DNA from: Candidatus Saccharimonadota bacterium
Lineage (GTDB): Bacteria > Pseudomonadota > Gammaproteobacteria > Enterobacterales > Enterobacteriaceae
Reading direction: 5' to 3'
Assembly: GCA_049942775.1 (NCBI GenBank)
Contig: CP188087.1
Span: forward strand, 30,001 to 62,000
DNA length: 32,000 nt
Below the pieces are notes generated by a model that was given only the letters and a program-made list of their open reading frames with translations, was not told the origin of the DNA and made no database searches. The translations under genes were made by a program, and so were the position numbers. Shown piece by piece: positions 11,986 through 20,827 of the stretch; the first letter of the stretch is position 1, and the number at the start of each line of letters is the position of its first letter.

Positions 11986-12528
11986 TTAGAAATTTTTTTC
12001 AACTTGACTAAAATCTAATTCCACTGGAGTAGACCTTCCAAATATTGAAACTGAAACTTTTAATCTATTTTTTTCATAGTCGACTTCTTCAACAACACCA
12101 TTAAAATCAGCGAATGGACCATCTTTTACGCGAACAGTTTCTCCAGGTTCAAAGACTATTTTTGGTCTAGGTTTACTATTGCTTTTTTTTAGTCGTTGTT
12201 GAATCATTTCTACTTCTTTATCGCTGATTGGTGACGGTTGTTCCGAATTACTTCCAATGAAACCAACAACTCTTGGAACATTTTTTATTAGATGCCAACT
12301 TTTATTACTCATATTCATTTGTATTAAAATGTATCCAGGGAAAAATTTTTGCTGGCTTTTTTTTCTTTGTCCAGACCTAATTTCAATAACTGCTTCTTTA
12401 GGAACCATTATTTTCCCAAACGAACTTTTCATTTTATTTAATTTTATGTGTTCTTGAATAGATTTTACAACTTTATTTTCAAATCCAGAAAAAGTTTGTA
12501 GAACATACCACTTTTTTTTGATATTCAT
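11986..12528 (-). CDS. nusG: Transcription termination/antitermination factor NusG
   Basis: [16 protein letters not shown]...FPGYILIQM...W.LIKN.PRV.GFIG...P.PISDKE...[47 protein letters not shown] matches NusG. It starts 2 nt after the secE stop. Confidence 0.96.
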   Translation of the reverse strand: MNIKKKWYVLQTFSGFENKVVKSIQEHIKLNKMKSSFGKIMVPKEAVIEIRSGQRKKSQQKFFPGYILIQMNMSNKSWHLIKNVPRVVGFIGSNSEQPSPISDKEVEMIQQRLKKSNSKPRPKIVFEPGETVRVKDGPFADFNGVVEEVDYEKNRLKVSVSIFGRSTPVELDFSQVEKNF

Positions 12529-12530
12529 TT

Positions 12531-12908
12531 TTATAAACCTGAATTAGTAATAAATGATATCATATAAAAAAAGAATCTATCTATAATCCATAGTATTAAT
12601 GAAATTAATGTTGTAACTATAGATATAGTTATGGTGATATATAAAGTTTCTTTAGTTGTTGGCCAAATAATTTTTTTTATTTCTGTTTTAGATTCTTTAA
12701 TAATAGAAATTATTTTCTTTCCATTTGTTGTTTTTGAAAAATAAAATAATGTTATTAATATTAATAAAAATGTTGTTAATGTTTGTTTTATTTTATTAGT
12801 GTTAAAAAAATATAAATTTTCTAATATAATTAGAAATATTGTTGTTATGATAACAATCCATTTCTTTTTTTCTGTTTTGTTTAAATTATTTTGATTTTTA
12901 TTATACAT
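12531..12908 (-). CDS. secE: Preprotein translocase subunit SecE
   Basis: 125 aa with three hydrophobic segments. The conserved C-terminal block E.K.IIWPT.KETL.T....V.T...SLILW..D......SFIT aligns with E. coli SecE. It holds the canonical position upstream of nusG. Confidence 0.9.
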   Translation of the reverse strand: MYNKNQNNLNKTEKKKWIVIITTIFLIILENLYFFNTNKIKQTLTTFLLILITLFYFSKTTNGKKIISIIKESKTEIKKIIWPTTKETLYITITISIVTTLISLILWIIDRFFFYMISFITNSGL

Positions 12909-13220
12909 TGTTTATTCTTATCAGAAATGTTTTACTGTTAGGAAATTATATATATAAACCTTAATTATATATTAAAATTTGTTTAAATTTTTTAGTAAAC
13001 ATTAAAATAATCAAAATGTTTAATATATTTTTTAAAATTCCAAAATTATTGAATATTTTTTGATTTTTTTTAGGATTTATATTGATTAACAAAAAAATAA
13101 AAATCTATTTTTTTAAGAATTTAATTATTTTATTTCTAATTTAAAATAATTCAATTATTTAAATAATTTTTTCAATAAAATTTAAGAAAAATTAGTTTAT
13201 TTATATTTAAGTGTTAAGAA

Positions 13221-13296
13221 TGGTGCTGATACCCAGATTTGAACTGGGGGCCTCACCCTTACCAAGGGTGTGCTCTACCTACTGAGCTATATCAAC
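13221..13296 (-). tRNA. thrT: tRNA-Thr (anticodon GGU), 76 nt, CCA encoded
   Basis: The reverse complement is GTTGATATAGCTCAGTAGGTAGAGCACACCCTTGGTAAGGGTGAGGCCCCCAGTTCAAATCTGGGTATCAGCACCA. The anticodon loop is TTGGTAA, the acceptor stem forms 7 bp including one G-U pair, and the sequence is near-identical to E. coli thrT. Confidence 0.95.
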
Positions 13297-13303
13297 ATAA
13301 TTT

Positions 13304-13378
13304 TGGAGCGGGCAGTGGGAATCGAACCCACATCATCAGCTTGGAAGGCTGAGGTAATAACCATTATACGATGTCCGC
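13304..13378 (-). tRNA. glyT: tRNA-Gly (anticodon UCC), 75 nt, CCA encoded
   Basis: The reverse complement is GCGGACATCGTATAATGGTTATTACCTCAGCCTTCCAAGCTGATGATGTGGGTTCGATTCCCACTGCCCGCTCCA. The anticodon loop is CTTCCAA, and the sequence is near-identical to E. coli glyT. Confidence 0.95.
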
Positions 13379-13411
13379 AGGATAAAAAAACAAGTTGTTA
13401 ATTCTGATTTT

Positions 13412-13493
13412 TGGTGGGAGAAGGATTCGAACCTTCGAAGTCTAAGACGGCAGATTTACAGTCTGCTCCCTTTAGCCACTCGGGAACCCCACC
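13412..13493 (-). tRNA. tyrU: tRNA-Tyr (anticodon GUA) with long variable arm, 82 nt; 3' CCA NOT encoded
   Basis: The reverse complement is GGTGGGGTTCCCGAGTGGCTAAAGGGAGCAGACTGTAAATCTGCCGTCTTAGACTTCGAAGGTTCGAATCCTTCTCCCACCA. The final A is the discriminator base and it is followed by AAA, not CCA. The sequence is colinear with E. coli tyrU. Confidence 0.93.
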
Positions 13494-13502
13494 TTTTTTA
13501 AA

Positions 13503-13575
<73 letters not shown>

Positions 13576-13589
13576 AATTATTAATTGCT

Positions 13590-13618
13590 ATTTTACGAAT
13601 AGATTTAAAATTTTGCAA
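13590..13618 (-). promoter_or_regulatory. Candidate sigma70 promoter for the thrU-tyrU-glyT-thrT tRNA operon
   Basis: The minus strand reads TTGCAA (13618-13613), then a 17-nt spacer, then TAAAAT (13595-13590). The -10 element ends 14 nt upstream of the mature thrU 5' end. Such motifs occur often by chance in AT-rich DNA. Confidence 0.35.
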
Positions 13619-13783
13619 CAGAAATATTTTTTTTTATCGTTATTTTTTTAAATTAAGTATTTAAAATGTAATATATTAATATCTAATCAATTATTGATTT
13701 TTAAATAAAAACTAAAATTATACAAATTAAAAGACATACTAATACAAAAAAATATTTATTTAGAAAATAAAAGGTATTCATAT

Positions 13784-14644
13784 ATGTTTGATAAAAAAAT
13801 AAATTTTTCGTTTGAATTTTTTCCACCGGTATCTAATGTTGTATCAGAAAGGGGATTTTGGGATTCAATAAAAAAATTATCGAATTTTAATCCAGATTTT
13901 TATTCAATAACAAGTGGAACAACTGTAATCAGGCAAAAACAAACGTTTAGTATCGCAAAAAAAGTTGTAAAAAAAACTAACATTGATATAGCTGTACACA
14001 TGACATGTATAAACAATAGTATCGTTGAATTAGAACAAATTGCTAAAAATTACTGGAATCAAGGTATAAAAAGAATTGTTGCTTTAAGAGGAGATAAACA
14101 AAAAGATTGTAATAATAAGAAGATATTTGCTTCAGATTTAATTTCTGTTTTGAAAAAAATTGCTAATTTTGATATTTCAGTTGCTGCATATCCAGAAGTA
14201 CATCCAGAGGCAAAGAATGCACATAGCGATTTAATGAATTTAAAACATAAATTCAATTGTGGAGCTAATAGAGCAATTACTCAATTTTTTTTTGATCCAA
14301 ATAAATTTCTTCGTTTTAGAGACAAATGTATAAAAAATGGAATTTATTCAGATTTGATTCCAGGAATTTTACCAGTAATGAATATTGATCAAATTCATCG
14401 TTTTTCCAAAATGAGTAATATTTTTATTCCTAAATGGATATATAAAATTTTTAATAGTTTATCTAATTCTAATTCAGATCAATTAATTAACAAATTGATT
14501 GGACAAAGTATAATTATAAAAATTGTTGAAAACTTGTTTTATGAAGGAGTAAATCAATTTCATTTTTATACTTTAAATCAATATGAAATTCCATATTCTA
14601 CATGTTTGATTTTAAAAATGAAAAATAAATTTAAAAATTTATGA
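13784..14644 (+). CDS. metF: 5,10-methylenetetrahydrofolate reductase
   Basis: INFSFEFFPP...HMTCI......L..IA..YWN.GI..IVALRGD...ASDL...LK....FDISVAAYPEVHPEAK.A..DL.NLK.K...GANRAITQFFFD....LRFRD.C...GI....IPGILPV...FHFYTLN matches E. coli MetF. Confidence 0.96.
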   Translation: MFDKKINFSFEFFPPVSNVVSERGFWDSIKKLSNFNPDFYSITSGTTVIRQKQTFSIAKKVVKKTNIDIAVHMTCINNSIVELEQIAKNYWNQGIKRIVALRGDKQKDCNNKKIFASDLISVLKKIANFDISVAAYPEVHPEAKNAHSDLMNLKHKFNCGANRAITQFFFDPNKFLRFRDKCIKNGIYSDLIPGILPVMNIDQIHRFSKMSNIFIPKWIYKIFNSLSNSNSDQLINKLIGQSIIIKIVENLFYEGVNQFHFYTLNQYEIPYSTCLILKMKNKFKNL

Positions 14645-15793
14645 ACAACAAATAAAATTTATAATTTTTTTAATTATTGTTTTTGTTTTTTTTATATATA
14701 ATATTTCTAAAAATTCGTTAGGTTGATGTGCTTGTTTTATGGAACCAGGTCCTAGTAAAATTGTTGGAGCTATTTTATTTAAGAAAGAAGCTTCGCTACA
14801 GTAGCTCACTAATTTTCTTTTTCGTTTAGTAATTTTTTCTACGATTTTTATAATTTTTTTATGTTGAATAGGTATTTCGTAACTTGGAATAGGAGGATGC
14901 AAATCTTTAATGATTATATTTCTTTTCCATTTTTTTTTAATTGGATATAAATGTTCTTCAAATATTTTGTTAAAAGTTTCGTATTGTAATTTTGGTAATA
15001 ATCTTATATCAATGTGCAATTCACAAAATTCACAAATAGTATTTGATGAATGTCCACCTTTTATATAACCAAAATTCATTGTTGAATAAGGGATATCGAA
15101 TTTTTTTTGAGAAATTAGATTTTTAACTTTTTCTTGAATTTTTAGTAAATAAAATATTGTTTCGTACATAATATTTATACTATTTATTTTATTTTCTGTA
15201 TTACTAGCATGACCTGAATCTCCTATAGTAATTATTGATTTTGTAATGTTTCCTTTATGACCTATAATTGGTGTTAGTGTAGTAGGTTCCCCAATTATTA
15301 TTAATTCAGGGGAAATAGTTGAAGATTTTAGAAAGAATTTTGCTCCCGACATTGAAGTTTCTTCATCTGCAGTAACCAGCAAATAGATTGGTTTTTTTAA
15401 TTTTTTTATATTTATTTCCATTAATAAATCTAATATGCAGGAGAAAAAACCTTTCATGTCTACGGTTCCTAATCCATAAAATTTATTATTTGATATAGTT
15501 AATTTGAATGGATCGCTTTTCCAAGATTGTTCATTACAATTAACTGTATCAGAATGTCCGCTTAATAACAATCCTCCTTCTCCAGATCCTAGTTTCCCAA
15601 TTAAATTAAATTTTTTATTGTTATTATTAACTTTTTGAATATTAATTTTAAACCCAATTTCTTCAAGCCATTCTGCAAGTAATTCAATTATTTTTTTATT
15701 ACTTTGGTCAAATTCAGGATTTTGAGAACTTATAGAAGATGTATTAATTAACTTAGCATACATTTCTATAAATGATGGAATTGTTCTTTTCAT
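14639..15793 (-). CDS. argE: Acetylornithine deacetylase
   Basis: P.FIE.Y..LI.T.SIS......DQSN...I.LLA.W....GF..., GHSDTV, YGLGT.DMKGFF, ADEETSM.GA, EPT.L.P...HKG, CE.CELH.DIR.LP, LHPPIP.YE, GPGSI.QAHQP.E.LE and the C-terminal I..FIC match E. coli ArgE. Its stop overlaps the metF stop. Confidence 0.95.
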   Translation of the reverse strand: MKRTIPSFIEMYAKLINTSSISSQNPEFDQSNKKIIELLAEWLEEIGFKINIQKVNNNNKKFNLIGKLGSGEGGLLLSGHSDTVNCNEQSWKSDPFKLTISNNKFYGLGTVDMKGFFSCILDLLMEINIKKLKKPIYLLVTADEETSMSGAKFFLKSSTISPELIIIGEPTTLTPIIGHKGNITKSIITIGDSGHASNTENKINSINIMYETIFYLLKIQEKVKNLISQKKFDIPYSTMNFGYIKGGHSSNTICEFCELHIDIRLLPKLQYETFNKIFEEHLYPIKKKWKRNIIIKDLHPPIPSYEIPIQHKKIIKIVEKITKRKRKLVSYCSEASFLNKIAPTILLGPGSIKQAHQPNEFLEILYIKKTKTIIKKIINFICCS

Positions 15794-15936
15794 GTTTTTT
15801 AAAATAAAATTTAGATTTTTTTTATAGTATTGATATTGTATATTAATATTAATTAATAGTATGTTTAAAAATTATTGAATTTAATAAAAATAAATAAAAA
15901 TGAAATAATGAGAATAATGAGGATAAATATAATTGT

Positions 15937-16944
15937 ATGTTAAATATTCTTATTGTTGGAGCAAGTGGATATTCAGGAGTTGAATTGATTTATTATCTTA
16001 ATAAACATAAATATGTCAATAATATTTTTTTAGCTGTTTCAAACAATAGTAAAGATCTTGGAAAATCAATTTCAGAAATACATCCTAGACTAAAAGGATC
16101 AATTGATATTTTTTTAGAATCTATTGATAAGTTTACAGTTCGAAAAAATAATATTGATGTCGTATTTTTAGCTACTGATCATGTAGTAAGTTATAATTTA
16201 GTTCCAATATTTATTTCTTTTAAATATATAGTTTTTGATCTTTCCGGTGCGTATAGGATTAAAAACAGTATGAATTATGAAAAATATTATGGATTTTCAC
16301 ATAAACGTAAAAAATTGTTGAATAGTTCTGTATATGGTTTACCGGAATGGAACTCAAAAAAAATAAAGAACGCACAACTAATTTCTTTACCTGGTTGTTA
16401 TGCTACTTGTATTGAATTATCAATAAAACCCATTATAGAAAAAAAAATAATTGATTGTTCATTTGTACCAGTTGTAAATGCTATTAGTGGAGTTAGTGGA
16501 GCAGGTAGAAATCCTAATTTTGTAAATTCTTTTTGTGAAGTTAGTTTACAGCCTTATAATATCTTTACTCATCGACATAATCCTGAAATATTTGAGCAAA
16601 TTGGTAATTTTCCTATAATTTTTGTTCCTTGTTTAGGTAATTTTTCTAGAGGAATAATATCAATATTAACATGTAAATTAAAAAAAAATATGGATATTTT
16701 AGAAATAGAAGAAATTTTTTCTCATTTTTATGGTAACAAATTTTTTGTTCGACTGTTCAAAAACAGTATTCCTAGTATTTCTTCAGTAATAGGGCTTCCA
16801 TTTATTGATTTTGGATTCAAAATTCAAGGTAAAATTTTAATAATTATAGCTGCTGAAGATAATTTGTTAAAGGGGGCTGCTTCACAAGCGGTACAATGTT
16901 TTAATATTCGTTTTGGAATTTTAGAAACACATTCTTTATTATAA
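15937..16944 (+). CDS. argC: N-acetyl-gamma-glutamyl-phosphate reductase
   Basis: MLNILIVGASGYSG.EL..Y...., VVFLAT.H.VS..L.P.F, VFDLSGA.R......YEKYYGF.H, PGCY.T, SGVSGAGR......NSFCEVSLQPY..FTHRH.PEI and EDNLLKGAA.QAVQC.NIRFG..ET.SL match E. coli ArgC. Confidence 0.96.
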   Translation: MLNILIVGASGYSGVELIYYLNKHKYVNNIFLAVSNNSKDLGKSISEIHPRLKGSIDIFLESIDKFTVRKNNIDVVFLATDHVVSYNLVPIFISFKYIVFDLSGAYRIKNSMNYEKYYGFSHKRKKLLNSSVYGLPEWNSKKIKNAQLISLPGCYATCIELSIKPIIEKKIIDCSFVPVVNAISGVSGAGRNPNFVNSFCEVSLQPYNIFTHRHNPEIFEQIGNFPIIFVPCLGNFSRGIISILTCKLKKNMDILEIEEIFSHFYGNKFFVRLFKNSIPSISSVIGLPFIDFGFKIQGKILIIIAAEDNLLKGAASQAVQCFNIRFGILETHSLL

Positions 16945-16965
16945 ACTTTTTTAGGAAATACTGTA

Positions 16966-17757
16966 ATGAAAGATAATCCATTAGTTATAAAATTAGGAGG
17001 AGCCTTATTAGACAAACATAAGTCTATGAAAATATTTTTTGATTTTTTATCAACTTATTATCATAATTGTTTTCGAAATTTGGTAGTTGTACATGGTGGT
17101 GGAAAATTAATTGATGATGTGATGGAAAAAATGGGAATGAAAATTAGTAAAATTAATGGAATAAGAGTTACAAATTCTTCTAATATTGATATTGTAGTTG
17201 GAGTATTGTCTGGAATAGCTAATAAAAGAATTTTATCTCATTTGAAAAGAAATAAAATTGATTTTGTAGGAATTTCTTTGTCTGATGGGGATAGTGTCTT
17301 AGTAGAAAGATCTAAAAAATCAGATGTAACAAATCATATAGGAACTCCAAAAGTAGGAAATCCAAAATTTTTACTTGATTTACTAACAAAAAGAATTATT
17401 CCTGTTGTTAGTTCTATAGGAATTAGTAATTCTGGGGAATTAATGAATGTTAATGCAGATTTAGCAGCTTCTGTTTTGGCAAAGACGTTAAATGCTGATT
17501 TGATATTATTATCAGATGTGAGTTCTATTCTTGACAAAGAAGGTAATCGTATAGTTTCTATAGATAGAAAAAAATCTAATATACTTATTAATAATAGAAC
17601 TATTCAAGATGGAATGGTTGTAAAAGTTGAGGCTGCATTAAATGCTTCTGAGTTATTAGGAAGGACAGTTCAAATTGCAAGTTGGAAAGAAAGTAATGAA
17701 AAGTTAAAAAAATTATTTAATGGAGAATCACAAATAGGAACTATTTGTACCAAATAA
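16966..17757 (+). CDS. argB: Acetylglutamate kinase
   Basis: NPL.IKLGG.LLD, VHGGG, NG.RVT, P.VSSIG....G.LMNVNAD.AA...A..L.ADLILLSDVS.ILD..G.RI and DGM.VKV.AAL.A...LGR.V.IASW match E. coli ArgB. Confidence 0.95.
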   Translation: MKDNPLVIKLGGALLDKHKSMKIFFDFLSTYYHNCFRNLVVVHGGGKLIDDVMEKMGMKISKINGIRVTNSSNIDIVVGVLSGIANKRILSHLKRNKIDFVGISLSDGDSVLVERSKKSDVTNHIGTPKVGNPKFLLDLLTKRIIPVVSSIGISNSGELMNVNADLAASVLAKTLNADLILLSDVSSILDKEGNRIVSIDRKKSNILINNRTIQDGMVVKVEAALNASELLGRTVQIASWKESNEKLKKLFNGESQIGTICTK

Positions 17758-17791
17758 ATAATAAAAAAATTTTTTAAGGAAATTATTTTAT

Positions 17792-19003
17792 ATGAAAAAG
17801 AAACGAAAAACGGTTGTTTTAGCTTATTCTGGAGGTCTTGATACTTCTGTTATAATTCCTTGGATAATAGAAAATTATAACTTTGAAGTAGTAGCTTTTG
17901 TTGCAGATGTTGGACAATCCAGAAAAGATTTATTGGGAATTAAAGAAAAGGCCTTGGTATCTGGTGCCAAATCAGTTTATATTTCTGATTTACGTAAAGA
18001 ATTTATAAAAAATTATATTTATCCGATGTTACAATCTGGATCTATGTATGAAAATGGATATTTATTGGGAACAGCTATAGCTAGACCTGTTATCGCAAAA
18101 TCGCAAGTAGAACTAGCAGAAAAAATAAATGCAGATTTCTTATCTCATGGATCTACAGGTAAAGGTAATGATCAAGTTCGGTTTGAATCTACTTATTTTT
18201 CTTTATCATCAAAATTTTCTGTAATTGCTCCTTGGAGAGAATGGAATTTTTCATCAAGAGAAGATTTATTAAATTATTTAGTTAACAAAAAAATTAAAAC
18301 CAATGCTACAGCAAAAAAAATTTACAGTAGAGATGAAAACATTTTTCATATTTCTACGGAAGGAGGAGAACTAGAAGATTTGTCTAATTCACCATCTAAA
18401 AACTGTTGGACTTGGACATTATCCCCAAAAAAGTCTATAAATGTTCCAGAATCTATATTAATAGAAATAAAAAATGGTATAATAATTTCTATAAACAATG
18501 AAAAAACTACTTTATTAGATTCTTTAAAATATTTAAATAAAGTAGGTTCTAAGCATGGAATAGGTCGGATAGATATTGTTGAAAATAGATTAATTGGTAT
18601 GAAATCTAGAGGTTGTTATGAAACTCCTGGTGGAACTATTATTAACAAAGTTTTACGGACAATTGAAGAATTAGTACTTGATAGAGATTCTTTAAAATGG
18701 AGATCTTTAATTGGATTAGAACTTTCTTATGTGATTTACGATGGAAAATGGTTTACACCACTTAGACAGTCTTTATTGTCTGCTTTAGCCCCATTTACAA
18801 AATTACTGAATGGATTTGTTGAATTAGAATTATACAAGGGTACAATAACTGTTAAAAAAAGAAGTTCAAAGAATTCTTTATATTCTAAAGATTTTGCTAC
18901 ATTTGGTAAAGAAAAAATTTTTAATCAACGTGATGCACATGGATTCATACAAATATATTCATTACCTTCACGAATTAGAAATTTAAAAAAACATAATTCA
19001 TAA
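17792..19003 (+). CDS. argG: Argininosuccinate synthase
   Basis: VVLAYSGGLDTSV (ATP pyrophosphatase P-loop), AF.ADVGQ, HG.TGKGNDQVRFE, SRDEN..H.S.EGG.LED, ENR.IGMKSRG.YETPGG. Confidence 0.94.
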   Translation: MKKKRKTVVLAYSGGLDTSVIIPWIIENYNFEVVAFVADVGQSRKDLLGIKEKALVSGAKSVYISDLRKEFIKNYIYPMLQSGSMYENGYLLGTAIARPVIAKSQVELAEKINADFLSHGSTGKGNDQVRFESTYFSLSSKFSVIAPWREWNFSSREDLLNYLVNKKIKTNATAKKIYSRDENIFHISTEGGELEDLSNSPSKNCWTWTLSPKKSINVPESILIEIKNGIIISINNEKTTLLDSLKYLNKVGSKHGIGRIDIVENRLIGMKSRGCYETPGGTIINKVLRTIEELVLDRDSLKWRSLIGLELSYVIYDGKWFTPLRQSLLSALAPFTKLLNGFVELELYKGTITVKKRSSKNSLYSKDFATFGKEKIFNQRDAHGFIQIYSLPSRIRNLKKHNS

Positions 19004-19053
19004 AGAAAACAATTATATTCATTTATGTATATTACTAAAAATGGAGTTTGCAA

Positions 19054-20433
19054 ATGGCACTTTGGGGTGGTCGATTTTCTTCAAAATCAGATGTTTTTTT
19101 TAAAAAGTTTAATAGTTCTTTAGAAGTTGATTATTGTTTGGCTGAACAGGATATAATTGCTTCTATAGCATGGTCTGATGCAATTTTTTCTTGTAAAATA
19201 ATTACTAAAGATGAACATGAAAAAATAAAAAAAGTGTTATCAATTTTATTAAATAAAATAAAAAAGAACCCAAAATTAATTTTAACTAGTGGAGAAGAAG
19301 ATGTTCATAGTTGGGTAGAAACGGAACTGACAAAACAATTAGGAGTATTGGGAAAAAAAATTCATGCTGGAAGAAGTAGAAATGATCAGATTACTACAGA
19401 TTTAAAGTTATGGTGTAAAGCTAAAATTTTTTTATTAATTAAAAGTTTAGTTGATTTAGAAACTGCGTTAGTTTTAACAGCTGAAAAATATATATCAGTT
19501 ATTATGCCTGGATTTACTCATTTACAACATGCGCAACCTATAACTTTTGCTTATTGGTGTTTAGCCTATTTAGAAATGTTTAAAAGAGATAAAACAAGAT
19601 TGAAAGATGCATTAAATAGACTTGATTTTTGTCCTTTAGGAAGTGGTGCACTTTGTGGTACTTCTTGGAATATTGATAGAAAATCATTGTCCAACAAATT
19701 AGGTTTTGCTGAACCTACAAATAATGCATTAGATAGTGTTTCGGATAGAGATTATGTCATGGAATTATTATCAGTAGCTTCTATTAGTATGATTCATTTA
19801 TCTAGATTTTCAGAAGATCTAATTATTTTTAATTCCAATGAATTTGGATATGTTGAATTATCAGACTTATTAACTTCAGGTTCTTCCCTTATGCCTCAAA
19901 AGAAAAATCCTGACGTTTTAGAGTTGATACGTGGAAAAAGTGCTCGTGTGTGTGCATCAATGATGCAAATATTTTTTCTTTTTAAAAGTTTACCATTGTC
20001 TTACAATAAAGACATGCAAGAAGATAAAGAAAATTTTTTTGATGCTATTAAAACTTGGAATGATTGTTTAAACATTTCAACTATGGTCTTAAAAACAATA
20101 AAATTAAAAAAAGATAGATGTTTGTCTTCAGCTAAGAAGGGCTATTCCAATGCTACTGAATTAGCAGATTATTTAGTAAAAAAAGGAGTTAGTTTTAGAG
20201 AAGCACATTATATAATTGGAAATATAGTACAAGAATCAATTAAGAAAAAAAAGTTATTAGAAGAATTGGATATTTCTTTTTTTAGGAAATTTAGTTCTTA
20301 CTTTGAATCTGATTTGTATAAGATTTTATCTTTAGAATCTTGTTTAAATAAAAGAAATGCTTATGGTGGAGTTTCAAATAGTCAAATTAAAACATCAATT
20401 TTAAAAGAAAAGAATAGGTTAAAAATCTTGTAA
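19054..20433 (+). CDS. argH: Argininosuccinate lyase (about 459 aa)
   Basis: MALWGGRFS aligns with the E. coli ArgH N-terminus MALWGGRFT. GRSRNDQ.TTDLKLWCK, PGFTHLQ.AQPITF and GSS.MPQKKNPD..EL.RGK also match. The track start at 19048 is a TTG two codons upstream. The ATG at 19054 is preceded by GGAG at 19043-19046. Confidence 0.95.
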   Translation: MALWGGRFSSKSDVFFKKFNSSLEVDYCLAEQDIIASIAWSDAIFSCKIITKDEHEKIKKVLSILLNKIKKNPKLILTSGEEDVHSWVETELTKQLGVLGKKIHAGRSRNDQITTDLKLWCKAKIFLLIKSLVDLETALVLTAEKYISVIMPGFTHLQHAQPITFAYWCLAYLEMFKRDKTRLKDALNRLDFCPLGSGALCGTSWNIDRKSLSNKLGFAEPTNNALDSVSDRDYVMELLSVASISMIHLSRFSEDLIIFNSNEFGYVELSDLLTSGSSLMPQKKNPDVLELIRGKSARVCASMMQIFFLFKSLPLSYNKDMQEDKENFFDAIKTWNDCLNISTMVLKTIKLKKDRCLSSAKKGYSNATELADYLVKKGVSFREAHYIIGNIVQESIKKKKLLEELDISFFRKFSSYFESDLYKILSLESCLNKRNAYGGVSNSQIKTSILKEKNRLKIL

Positions 20434-20745
20434 AAATAAAATAGTAAAGTCTAAAGTTAGTTTTTTGTAAATTCAATTTTTGAATTAAAAGTTTAACTAT
20501 TATTGATTAGTGATTATGTTTGTTTTTTTTTGAACATAGTTTTAAGTTAAAAAATATTTTGTTAACTTCAATTAATATTCAAGAATATTAATTTTTAATA
20601 TTTTTTGTAAATAGTTTAAAAAAAAGTTTTTCAATGTTGATAAAAAAATTACTATTTTTAGAACAAATTTAAAATTTATTTTTTTATATTTACATATACT
20701 ATTATTAATAGTAATAGTAGTTTATGAATTTTTTGTGTGTTTTTT

Positions 20746-20790
20746 AAAAGCTTCCACTAATATTGATAAGGAAGCTTTTATTTTAATAAC
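20746..20790. terminator. Hairpin between convergent argH and rpoD; candidate bidirectional intrinsic terminator
   Basis: aaaagcttcc (20746-20755) is perfectly complementary to ggaagctttt (20770-20779) across a 14-nt loop. The stem is followed by ATTTTAAT on the plus strand and has an A/T tract on both flanks. It is the only GC-containing stem in the 394-bp spacer. Confidence 0.35.
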
Positions 20791-20827
20791 TCATTTGAAG
20801 TAGAATTATAAAAGATTTTGATTTATT

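Noticed and set aside
15794-15936. A possible ArgR operator (ARG box) and an 11-codon uORF (ATG at 15908) overlapping the argC start.
   Set aside because: Only a TTGAAT half-site is present and there is no paired 18-bp box. The uORF has no Shine-Dalgarno, and an ORF of that length is expected by chance.
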